Virus record (IMG/VR): IMGVR_UViG_3300044701_003953
Coordinates: 62,001 to 126,000 of that record
Length of the DNA stretch: 64,000 nucleotides
Reading direction: 5' to 3' (one strand)
Each line of letters begins with the position of its first letter. The first letter of the stretch is position 1. The position numbers and the translations under genes are program-made. Positions 47,463-56,244 of the stretch are shown here, one piece after another. The notes under the pieces were generated by a model. That model did no database searches. It worked only from the letters and a program-made list of their open reading frames with translations, and was not told the origin of the DNA.

Positions 47463-48790
47463 GTGATACAAAAGATTTCTACAACAAGGGCTACGACTAC
47501 AATAGTCGGGCACCTTATTTCGTCGAGCGCAAAGACTTGACACCCGAGCAGTGGCGCAAGCTCACGGAGAGCGATACCTTCTGTATGTTACCTTGGATGC
47601 ACATGCACGCCTTCCCAGATGGTCGTGCTTATCCCTGCTGTCTCAGCGAATACTTCCACCCCGTAGGCGATCTGCGCAAACACACCATGGAAGAAGTATG
47701 GAACCAAGAAAAGTATCGCACCATGCGTCAGAACATGCTCACGGATAAGCCATGTAAAGAATGTACTAAGTGCTATGAGCAAGAGAAGGCTGGATTCTTT
47801 TCTATGCGCAATGATGCCAACAGGAACTACGGGCATCATATCTCAGACATACATAAGACACAACCAGATGGAACACACCCCGACTTCAAGATCCGTTATT
47901 GGGACGTACGATTCAGCAATCTCTGTAACATGAGATGTCGTAGCTGTGGCCCTATCTTTTCGTCGAACTGGTTCAATGACCATGTCAAGATGTATGGCGT
48001 AGTGCCCGATGTACTCAAACGACCCATGGCCAGGGTAGAATATACTACCGGCGACGAGGATGGCATGTTGGCACAGATGGAGCCACATATCCCTTATCTC
48101 GAACAAGTCTACTTCGCAGGTGGCGAACCGCTGATCATGAAAGAGCACTACTACATGCTGGAGAAGTTGATCGAAGCCGGCAAGACTGATGTGCGACTGA
48201 TCTACAACACCAATTTCTCAGAACTGCGCTACAAAGACAAACATGTGTTTGAGTTCTGGAAACACTTCAAAACAGTGAATGTGGGCGCCAGCCTAGATGC
48301 TTCGGGCGCCCGGGCCGAGCTCATGCGCAAAGGCACTGAGTGGACGCAGACCGTGGACAACCGCCGCAGGATGATGGAGGAAGTGCCGCATGTGGACTTC
48401 TATGTCAGCGCCACGGTATCCTCGATGAATGTGCTACATGTGTTAGACTTCCATCGCGAATGGAGCGAACTGGGCCTGATCCGCCCCAAGGACTTCAATG
48501 TCAATATCTGCCAAAGTCCTGAATGGTACAGGATCGACATCTTCCCCGAAGCGTTCAAGCGAGAAGTCATCGAACCTGCTTACCGTAGACACATCGAGTG
48601 GCTTGATCCGCAGGACACGCTACGCCGTGCTACCACTGGATTCGAAAGCGCCATCAACTTCATGATGAGCACAGACAACAGCCATCTCTTGCCACGCTGG
48701 AGAGAAGAGACCGCCAAGTTGGATCGCGTGAGGGACGAAGACTTTTGGAAGACCTTCACAGAATTGGAGACACTACGTGACTCTGCCTAA
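47459..48790 (+). CDS. radical SAM protein with N-terminal twitch-like domain
   Basis: FCMLPW...PCC...CTKC; CNMRCRSC; AGGEP; YNTN; ASLD. Confidence 0.9.
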   Translation: MSDTKDFYNKGYDYNSRAPYFVERKDLTPEQWRKLTESDTFCMLPWMHMHAFPDGRAYPCCLSEYFHPVGDLRKHTMEEVWNQEKYRTMRQNMLTDKPCKECTKCYEQEKAGFFSMRNDANRNYGHHISDIHKTQPDGTHPDFKIRYWDVRFSNLCNMRCRSCGPIFSSNWFNDHVKMYGVVPDVLKRPMARVEYTTGDEDGMLAQMEPHIPYLEQVYFAGGEPLIMKEHYYMLEKLIEAGKTDVRLIYNTNFSELRYKDKHVFEFWKHFKTVNVGASLDASGARAELMRKGTEWTQTVDNRRRMMEEVPHVDFYVSATVSSMNVLHVLDFHREWSELGLIRPKDFNVNICQSPEWYRIDIFPEAFKREVIEPAYRRHIEWLDPQDTLRRATTGFESAINFMMSTDNSHLLPRWREETAKLDRVRDEDFWKTFTELETLRDSA

Positions 48791-49991
48791 GACCATCTGT
48801 ATGCTACCATGGATGAGCATCGAGACTTCGCCAATGGGTACAGCTCGGCCTTGCTGTCTTGCTGACGAAGAGATCACTGATGCCAATGGTGTCAAATATG
48901 ATCTCAATGTCAGCACACTGCGCGAAGTCTATGACAGCGAATACATGCAGGAACTGAGACGTCAATTCCGTCGAGGTGAAAAACCCAAGACATGTAATCG
49001 TTGCTGGGAAGAGGAAGCCGCTGGAAGGACCAGCAAGCGTATACACAGCCGTGTACGACTCAAAGAACTCTATGCCCAAGTGGACTGGGAAAATGATCGA
49101 CCTGACCAACTCTGGTTCGTAGATCTCAAACTAGGTAACATTTGTAATCTCAAATGCCGTATCTGCGGATCCTGGAGTTCCAGCAAGTGGGCTGAAGAAG
49201 AGATGAACTACTTGCCCAAGACCGTGGACAAGAAAACACACATCGCTTACACCTGGCTCAAGCAAGGACAATGGCCCCGCAAGACCGAGACCTTCTGGGA
49301 TGACCTGCGCGGACTCTTGCCCAACATTCGCTACTTTGAATTCACTGGTGGCGAACCCTGGTTGATCCAAGAGCACATCGACCTGCTCAAGTTCGCTGTG
49401 GAGACCGGCGACAGTCATCACATCGACATACACTACAACACCAATGCCACACAATGGCCCGACGATCTGGTAGAGATCTGGAAAGACTTCGGACGGGTGG
49501 ACATCGCCTTTAGCATCGACAATGTGGGAGAGCGTTTCGAGTTTGAGCGTTTCCCTGCCGACTGGAACAAAGCCAATGAGATCGTGGATGCCGTTCATGC
49601 GTTACAAAAGACGCACACCAACATCACTACCCAACTGTGCTTCACGCTCAACATACAGAATGTTTACTACCTCGATGAGTTGCTGGCCTGGGCAGACACC
49701 AAAGGCTTTGACAACATCTACTTCAACATGCTACATAGTCCCAGCCGCATGAGCATACAGTCCATGACGCCAGTGGCGCAAGAGTTGGTAGTTGGTAAAC
49801 TACGCAACACCGATTGGCGCACTGAATACCAACGCGAAGTTGATAATGTCATCAACTTCATTGAGAACGGTGCAGGTAGCGACGGGCGTGAGTTTTGCCG
49901 TCTCATGAAGCAGACTGACGCTTACCGTAAGCAAGACTTCGCCACCACACACCCTGAGATAGCAAAGGCCATGGGATATGAACAAACCTGA
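48777..49991 (+). CDS. radical SAM protein with N-terminal twitch-like domain
   Basis: GTG start with GGAG; ICMLPW...PCC...CNRC; CNLKCRIC; TGGEP; YNTN; FSID. Confidence 0.9.
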   Translation: MTLPKTICMLPWMSIETSPMGTARPCCLADEEITDANGVKYDLNVSTLREVYDSEYMQELRRQFRRGEKPKTCNRCWEEEAAGRTSKRIHSRVRLKELYAQVDWENDRPDQLWFVDLKLGNICNLKCRICGSWSSSKWAEEEMNYLPKTVDKKTHIAYTWLKQGQWPRKTETFWDDLRGLLPNIRYFEFTGGEPWLIQEHIDLLKFAVETGDSHHIDIHYNTNATQWPDDLVEIWKDFGRVDIAFSIDNVGERFEFERFPADWNKANEIVDAVHALQKTHTNITTQLCFTLNIQNVYYLDELLAWADTKGFDNIYFNMLHSPSRMSIQSMTPVAQELVVGKLRNTDWRTEYQREVDNVINFIENGAGSDGREFCRLMKQTDAYRKQDFATTHPEIAKAMGYEQT

Positions 49992-51282
49992 ACATCGTCC
50001 CGCGACACTTTGTATGGCACCGTGGACTCACACATATCTGAGTCCACAGACTGAGCGCCGGATGTGCTGTGCTAGTCGTGAACCTGCACAGAACTTCCAG
50101 CAGTATATTGATACAGCTGCTGGTACAGGAAAATATATTCCCATTACCTTGGACGAGCATTGGAACGGCGAGCACATGAAGAGTGTGAGACGCCGAATGA
50201 TGACCGGCGAGACTTTGCCCGAATGCGATGTGTGTAACAGCAAGCTCTTGAACACAGACGTTTACCGTAGTTATTTTAACCATCTTTTCGGACATAAGTA
50301 TAATAGCATATGGGACTCTACTGACGAGACCGGAAATACTACTATGCAGCCAGTGAGTTGGGATTACAGGTTTTCCAACTTGTGTAACTTCAAATGCAGA
50401 ACCTGTGGAGACATGTTAAGCAGTGCTTGGGAGTCTGAGCAACGCCAACACAACATGATCGACTGGACCAATCCCAAGAATCAGTGGATGGTCCCTGAAA
50501 TCAAAAAGCAAATTGAAGGTTTTCAAAATGAACAGGTAGAGGCCGAGTTTTCACAGGCCGTTGAGGAGCACCGAGTCGAAGAAGTCTACTGGGTTGGCGG
50601 CGAGCCACTCATGTACGAACAGCATTGGCGATACATGAAACGTATCGTTGACTTGGGAGATGGACAAAATGTTTACGCTAGATACAACACAAATCTTAGT
50701 AGGATTGATTATAGAGGTATTAATCTTTATCGGGATATTCTTAGTAGGTTACGGGATTGGCAAATCTGTGCAAGCATCGACGGATCGGGCCGAATTGGTG
50801 AATATATTCGAACAGGTCTCGATTTTAGTCGGTGGCTTGAGAACTTCAAACAAGGAGTTGAAATCAGTACTCATAAACGCCAGATGCGTATTGACTTCAC
50901 TCTTACACTCCCGGGTCTCTTCGAAGTTCGACAGATGACCCAGCTCGGGCAGGAACTGGGTGTTGACACATTAGCCAAAGTCATATTCAGTTTCTCGCCC
51001 GACATCATACTCAGTCCATTGGCCTTGCCAAGGGAGTTACTAGAACCCTGGTTAGACGAACTCATACCCGATACACATGGCGCCATGCAGGATATTTTGG
51101 TACAACTCAAAGCACGACCTACGTTCCAAGAACAGTGGCCCGATCAGTGGCAAGCGGGTCTTGCGAAAGGCAAGGCTCGTGTGTTAAAATTAGAACAGAT
51201 CAGAAATGACGATTACACCATGGACGACATATTAAGCCAGCGTCCAGAGGTACATAAATGGTGGAGAAACATCGATGCTTGA
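49978..51282 (+). CDS. radical SAM protein with N-terminal twitch-like domain
   Basis: LCMAPW...MCC...CDVC; CNFKCRTC; VGGEP; YNTN; ASIDG. Confidence 0.9.
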   Translation: MNKPEHRPATLCMAPWTHTYLSPQTERRMCCASREPAQNFQQYIDTAAGTGKYIPITLDEHWNGEHMKSVRRRMMTGETLPECDVCNSKLLNTDVYRSYFNHLFGHKYNSIWDSTDETGNTTMQPVSWDYRFSNLCNFKCRTCGDMLSSAWESEQRQHNMIDWTNPKNQWMVPEIKKQIEGFQNEQVEAEFSQAVEEHRVEEVYWVGGEPLMYEQHWRYMKRIVDLGDGQNVYARYNTNLSRIDYRGINLYRDILSRLRDWQICASIDGSGRIGEYIRTGLDFSRWLENFKQGVEISTHKRQMRIDFTLTLPGLFEVRQMTQLGQELGVDTLAKVIFSFSPDIILSPLALPRELLEPWLDELIPDTHGAMQDILVQLKARPTFQEQWPDQWQAGLAKGKARVLKLEQIRNDDYTMDDILSQRPEVHKWWRNIDA

Positions 51283-51463
51283 AAGTCTAAAACAATTATG
51301 GGACCGCGTAGTCCACAATGCTTCTAATTCCAGCACCGGTGACTGGTTACTGATATTAGGCATGTTTGTGGTTTGGGGGATATTCGCTTATTTCCATTTC
51401 CGAGACTATAGCAGGAACCCCGAGAAGTATAAAGACGCTGATAAATTCATACCTCCTTATTAA
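51275..51463 (+). CDS. small single-pass membrane protein
   Basis: 62 aa; hydrophobic WLLILGMFVVWGIFAYF; fills the gap between flanking genes exactly; GGAG upstream. Confidence 0.65.
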   Translation: MLESLKQLWDRVVHNASNSSTGDWLLILGMFVVWGIFAYFHFRDYSRNPEKYKDADKFIPPY

Positions 51464-52531
51464 ATGAAAAAAGTCAAGATAGTACTGAGAGATCCTCTCA
51501 ACAAGCAGGATCAGATCGATTACGACATCGAAGTCGAAGATCATGAAATGGCCGTGCGCTGGCACGATGCTTTATGTGATCTGCTTCGTAACGACAATTA
51601 CTTAGAAAAGAATTTTTGTTTTTTGGGCTTTCCTAACACAGCTAGGAATCTCGATTTCCTTTGCCGCGAGCTAGACTGGGCCAAGACGAAGATAAATTCT
51701 TTCTTCGACGATTATCGTATAGAAGAAGAATACCGTCCTGATACGCTGAGACATGGCCTCGATCCCAATCAGGATCTGATGAACTTGTTACACAATCATT
51801 TTGAAGTGTTACAAGGAACAGTATGGGGACTCAGCGAATACTACAAGAGAGCCGACTACGAAACCAAGTTTGCTATCCGCCAACTCAACAACATCTGCCA
51901 CGAAGCAGAAAGCCTAATGTTGAGCCAACGCAAACAAGTAGAAGCACCCGAGTGGGTGCGTCCTAGCCAGATAACTACGTTCTTAAACGCACCTCGTTTC
52001 GAGTATCCTCGAGAGTATAAACGTACATTCAACGAAACACGTTACGACCGTACCTTTGGTACAGTATATCAGCATTGGACACAGATCGGCAAGACCTTGT
52101 ACGAAGTCTATATCGACGAGAACGGTGCCGATATCGATCAAGCCACCTGCGAGGCCATCACGCACCTGCGATACTATTCGGGAGAATTTGATATCGAATG
52201 GGCACGTGATGTCACACACGGTGGCGAGTATCCGTGGCATACCAAACGTATGACTGGATTCCGCGAGTGGCTAGTCCGCAACGGGTTTGATCTCGACGAT
52301 GTGGAATACAACTACGGGTATCACTCAGTGGGGCAAGTCGATCTGCGTGGTGGCTTTGGCACGGATGACTATCAGACGATATGGAATACATTAGGACAGC
52401 ATCTCGACATAGTAAAGATCGAAACCGCTGGATTTTCGTCTACTTACGATTACTGCTGGACCGACGAAGATTATTATCAACAACAGATCGATAGATTGAA
52501 ACCTGGTTATGATTATAGTAGCAGGCGGTGA
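51464..52531 (+). CDS. hypothetical protein
   Basis: 355 aa abutting the previous stop; LHNHFE and QLNNICHEAE motifs; no confident domain. Confidence 0.7.
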   Translation: MKKVKIVLRDPLNKQDQIDYDIEVEDHEMAVRWHDALCDLLRNDNYLEKNFCFLGFPNTARNLDFLCRELDWAKTKINSFFDDYRIEEEYRPDTLRHGLDPNQDLMNLLHNHFEVLQGTVWGLSEYYKRADYETKFAIRQLNNICHEAESLMLSQRKQVEAPEWVRPSQITTFLNAPRFEYPREYKRTFNETRYDRTFGTVYQHWTQIGKTLYEVYIDENGADIDQATCEAITHLRYYSGEFDIEWARDVTHGGEYPWHTKRMTGFREWLVRNGFDLDDVEYNYGYHSVGQVDLRGGFGTDDYQTIWNTLGQHLDIVKIETAGFSSTYDYCWTDEDYYQQQIDRLKPGYDYSSRR

Positions 52532-53078
52532 CAGTTTCGTCTGGGGCAGCGAACTCCCAGATAGCCCGCACGGTGGGCCTAATGGATACAGTAGATCTAC
52601 TTTTCCTGCGCTACTGGCCCGCGGTTACAGTTATACCTGCTTGGCCTATCCCGGTATTGGTAACAAAGAAATCTCACAGAGAGTGCGGGATTTTTTATCA
52701 TCTTCAGAAGTCAACGATTTGATAATGATAGTCTGTTGGACATGGCCCACACGAGATGGAGTATTGGATAGCGACGAGGATATATTGGCATTACAACAGG
52801 CACTCGAAGATCGTGGAATACCTTATATTTTTACTTGCGCGGATAACTGTATAAAGACCGAGAACAAAGCGATAAAATGGGATGAATGGTTTTGGTTCCC
52901 GCCTGCGCATATCACTGAGCTATATGGGACTCACAGCCCAAGAGGTTTTTACCAGTGGGCGAGAGAAAATAAATATTCAGTAGGACCCGAGTGCCATCCA
53001 TTAGTTGACGCACATCAAGATGCCGCAAAGTTAATCCAAGGAAAATTCGATGAACTGGTTAAAAAGATTGATCAATAA
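52509..53078 (+). CDS. SGNH/GDSL-like hydrolase or acyltransferase
   Basis: GGDSF near the N-terminus, PGIGN, C-terminal HPLVDAH. Confidence 0.65.
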   Translation: MIIVAGGDSFVWGSELPDSPHGGPNGYSRSTFPALLARGYSYTCLAYPGIGNKEISQRVRDFLSSSEVNDLIMIVCWTWPTRDGVLDSDEDILALQQALEDRGIPYIFTCADNCIKTENKAIKWDEWFWFPPAHITELYGTHSPRGFYQWARENKYSVGPECHPLVDAHQDAAKLIQGKFDELVKKIDQ

Positions 53079-53151
53079 GATCCGATCAGAAATACAATAC
53101 CGTAAAAAACTCAAAGAAATGCGAAAGCGCGATCCTTTCATTTATAAATGA
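53050..53151 (+). CDS. 33-aa basic microprotein (not in ORF track)
   Basis: MNWLKRLINKIRSEIQYRKKLKEMRKRDPFIYK*; AAGGA upstream; ATGA overlap with the next gene. Confidence 0.65.
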   Translation: MNWLKRLINKIRSEIQYRKKLKEMRKRDPFIYK

Positions 53152-53702
53152 TATTAGTAAATGGCGATAGTTTCACTGCCGGAGAAGAAAGCACTGTAGC
53201 ATGGCCGGACCTTGTGCCCGATACCGTGAACATAGCGGTGTCTGGAGCTGGCAACGATCATATCGTCACTAGCACGATCGTCCACGTCGAAACGCACGAT
53301 GACGTCGATCATGCTATAATAGCATGGACCACACCACATAGGATAACGATCAGTGGAAAACATCTTACTCCCACTAGCCAGAGGAAATACGGAAAGTTAG
53401 TAGACGAGGTATTCCGTGACTGGGACGAAGATTGGGCCTGGAGGAAATTCCGAGCCGAAGTGGCCGCATTACATGGTTATCTCGAACACAAAGGTATCCC
53501 ACATGTGTTTGTGAGCACATTTGGGATACCCTCTAATACTATACCTGACTGCTTGTACTGGCTGGGGTGGGGAACAGAAGGCATGGTGGAATGGATGGGC
53601 GATTGCCCCAAAGGCCCAGGTGGGCATCCTTTAGAACTTGGACATCAAAGAATAGCAGGAAAAATCAATGAACATATTAGGAATATCGGCTGGATTTCAT
53701 GA
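53148..53702 (+). CDS. SGNH/GDSL-like hydrolase or acyltransferase
   Basis: NGDSF, NIAVSGAGN, GHPLELGHQRIA. Confidence 0.7.
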   Translation: MILVNGDSFTAGEESTVAWPDLVPDTVNIAVSGAGNDHIVTSTIVHVETHDDVDHAIIAWTTPHRITISGKHLTPTSQRKYGKLVDEVFRDWDEDWAWRKFRAEVAALHGYLEHKGIPHVFVSTFGIPSNTIPDCLYWLGWGTEGMVEWMGDCPKGPGGHPLELGHQRIAGKINEHIRNIGWIS

Positions 53703-55197
53703 CGCTGCCGCGAGTCTAGTAGACAAAGACGGCAATATCATGTTCGCTGGCCACAGTGAACGTTACAGCAAGAGCAAGAACGATGCCAACATCTGTCCTG
53801 GGCTGCTGACTGATATTCCTGTCAAAGTGGATCATATCGCTTATTACGAAAAGCCATGGCTGAAACAAACACGTCAATTATATTCAGGACAAGGTATCGA
53901 GTGGGGTAAACTGACCACCGATGGTATATTGGTAGATCAACTCGGGGACTGGATCTATCAACAAAACCCCGGGTTTAATCCTCATCGAGAAGTGTATTGG
54001 GATTGTGGTTTGCCTGAGATCAGTAGCTACCGCCATCACCTTAGTCATGCTGCCGCAGGATTCCAGACCAGCCCCTATCAAGAAGCCACGGTGGTAGTGT
54101 GTGACGCTATCGGCGAATGGGACACAGCTTCGATCTATCATGCTTGGTATGACGATAAAGGTCGTGCCCGATACAAGAAACTATGGGGCCAACGCTATCC
54201 GCATAGCCTAGGCATGTTCTACTCGGCGTTCACTAAGCGCCTAGGATTGAAGCCAATGGACGAAGAATACATACTCATGGGCATGGCTGGTTGGGGCAAA
54301 AGTACCTGGTTCAATCGTATCTTTGATGAACAAGTGGACGACATCGCGGAATTAACATTCAAAAACAATCTACATCTAGGCCTAGACGACAATTACCTGG
54401 ATGCGGCCCGCGACGAAGACCTAGCAGCCAGCGTACAAGAGATCACTGAGTGGGCGGTGTGCAGACTCATGGAACGTGCTCGTATGTTAGGTAGTAGCGA
54501 CAATCTCGTTTACATGGGCGGTGTGGCGCTCAACTGCTTGGCTAATCGTTTGCTAGGCAAATACTATTCTAACATCTGGATCATGCCAAACCCAGGTGAT
54601 GCTGGCAGCAGCCTTGGTGCCGCTGCTCTTGCCTATGGCAAAAAATTAAACTGGCAAGACGCTTATCTAGGACATGTGATACCAGGACCTTATCCAGTAA
54701 AAGACTTGCTAGATGAGTTACTAACTAATAAAATAGCGGGTGTGGCATCAGGTGCCGCAGAATTTGGTCCACGTGCTTTAGGTAATCGTAGCCTACTAGC
54801 AGACCCGCGTGGAGAAGATATAAAGGATCGTGTCAATGAAATTAAGCGACGTCAAAAATTTAGACCCTTTGCCCCAGTCATACTGGCCGAGATGGTCGGT
54901 GACTACTTTGATATGCCACCTGGCTGGACTGACAGCGATTATATGCAAGTCGTCGCTAAGTGTCGCCGTCCTGATCTTTTTCCTGCTATATGTCATATTG
55001 ATGGCACCAGCAGAGTACAGACAGTTCCGAAAGATTCGAGATCGGGAATCCGTCAACTCTTAGAGCAATGGTATGTGATGACAGGATGTCCTATGTTGTT
55101 GAATACCAGCCTCAACATCCGTGGAGAGCCAATGGTCAACGATCGCGACGACGCCGATCGTTTTGAAAATTTATATAAAGTGAGAGTTTGTTCATGA
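53668..55197 (+). CDS. O-carbamoyltransferase, NodU/CmcH/TobZ family
   Basis: HDAAA, HHLSHAA, DAIGE, GGVALNC, PGDAG, EFGPRALGNRS, FRPFAP, HIDGTSRVQTV, LLNTSLN. Confidence 0.93.
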   Translation: MNILGISAGFHDAAASLVDKDGNIMFAGHSERYSKSKNDANICPGLLTDIPVKVDHIAYYEKPWLKQTRQLYSGQGIEWGKLTTDGILVDQLGDWIYQQNPGFNPHREVYWDCGLPEISSYRHHLSHAAAGFQTSPYQEATVVVCDAIGEWDTASIYHAWYDDKGRARYKKLWGQRYPHSLGMFYSAFTKRLGLKPMDEEYILMGMAGWGKSTWFNRIFDEQVDDIAELTFKNNLHLGLDDNYLDAARDEDLAASVQEITEWAVCRLMERARMLGSSDNLVYMGGVALNCLANRLLGKYYSNIWIMPNPGDAGSSLGAAALAYGKKLNWQDAYLGHVIPGPYPVKDLLDELLTNKIAGVASGAAEFGPRALGNRSLLADPRGEDIKDRVNEIKRRQKFRPFAPVILAEMVGDYFDMPPGWTDSDYMQVVAKCRRPDLFPAICHIDGTSRVQTVPKDSRSGIRQLLEQWYVMTGCPMLLNTSLNIRGEPMVNDRDDADRFENLYKVRVCS

Positions 55198-55622
55198 TCA
55201 AAAAAATATTGATAATGGGATTACCCGGATCAGGTAAAAGCACATTAGCTGAACCCTTCGCCAAGCTCATCGGTGGGGTATGGCTCAATGCCGACGCAGT
55301 CCGCACCGAATACGACGATTGGGATTTCTCTCCCGAAGGCCGCATGAGGCAAGCCATGAGGATGCGATATCTCGCCGACGGTGTCGCCAAGGCAGGTAAG
55401 ATAGCAGTGGCCGACTTTGTATGTCCTACAGAAAAAGCTCGTGCTGAGTTTGGAGCAGATTATGTGATCTGGATGGACACTATCAAAGAAGGACGCTTCG
55501 AAGACACCAACAAGATGTTTGAACCGCCATCAAGATTCGATTATCATGTTGAAAGTTGGTTCACAGACACGCACGAACAACTAGCTAAGGTAGTAACCAA
55601 ATATATCGGAGATATCAAATGA
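55194..55622 (+). CDS. adenylylsulfate (APS) kinase-like P-loop kinase
   Basis: GLPGSGKST, LNADAVR, DFSPEGR, ADFVCP, FEPP resemble CysC; ATGA coupling to the carbamoyltransferase. Confidence 0.72.
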   Translation: MIKKILIMGLPGSGKSTLAEPFAKLIGGVWLNADAVRTEYDDWDFSPEGRMRQAMRMRYLADGVAKAGKIAVADFVCPTEKARAEFGADYVIWMDTIKEGRFEDTNKMFEPPSRFDYHVESWFTDTHEQLAKVVTKYIGDIK

Positions 55623-56032
55623 GTTTCAATCCACAAAAACCCACTACGCAGATGCTCGGAAGGTGGCAACCGTGGCATCCTGGCCATACTGCCTTGTTCA
55701 AGAAAGCCTTGCTAGAGACTGGGCAGGTATGTATACAGATCCGTGATGTAGGAGGCATCGTTGGAGCAGATGCCGGCGGTGGCCGCACAGTAGCACAAAC
55801 AGACAATCCTTTTGATTACGACACAGTGGTCGCTAACATCAAGACAGCGTTAGCCGCTGAGGGATTTGACTACGGCGAAGAGTATATCATCATGCAAGTT
55901 CCAAACATCGTGGACATCAGTTATGGACGTGGTGTGGGCTACACGTTCACACAGCATGACCTCGGCGAAGAGATCCACGCGATCAGTGCCACACAGATAC
56001 GAGCACAGTTGAGGGCCGAAGGTAAGTTGTAA
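55619..56032 (+). CDS. small HxGH nucleotidyltransferase (cytidylyltransferase-like)
   Basis: GRWQPWHPGH, NPF, ISATQIR. Confidence 0.8.
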   Translation: MSFNPQKPTTQMLGRWQPWHPGHTALFKKALLETGQVCIQIRDVGGIVGADAGGGRTVAQTDNPFDYDTVVANIKTALAAEGFDYGEEYIIMQVPNIVDISYGRGVGYTFTQHDLGEEIHAISATQIRAQLRAEGKL

Positions 56033-56244
56033 TGGATTCAGCAAAACGTAGTCTAGCTAAAACGATCAGTTGGCGCGTCACTGGAAGTGGCGCTACGTTC
56101 TTGATCACTTTTTTAGTTTCCGGCGATTTGAAAATCGCCGGGTCAGTGGCATTGATACAGATAACCGCTAACACCCTGCTTTATTTTTTACACGAACGTG
56201 TCTGGAATAGCATCACTTGGGGACGGAAGTTACCGCCATCGTGA
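56032..56244 (+). CDS. DUF2061-like small membrane protein
   Basis: RSLAKTISWR...LYFLHERVWNSITWG. Confidence 0.78.
   Translation: MDSAKRSLAKTISWRVTGSGATFLITFLVSGDLKIAGSVALIQITANTLLYFLHERVWNSITWGRKLPPS

Noticed and set aside
43633-51282. Radical SAM genes as QueE, NrdG, MoaA or viperin
   Set aside because: Size, the N-terminal Cys domain and the absence of queC/queD/folE or nrdD in the window do not fit.
43633-53151. Classical RiPP (sactipeptide/ranthipeptide) cluster
   Set aside because: No Cys-rich or leader-bearing precursor, RRE, peptidase or exporter is recognisable; sugar enzymes dominate the context. Kept only as a minor alternative.
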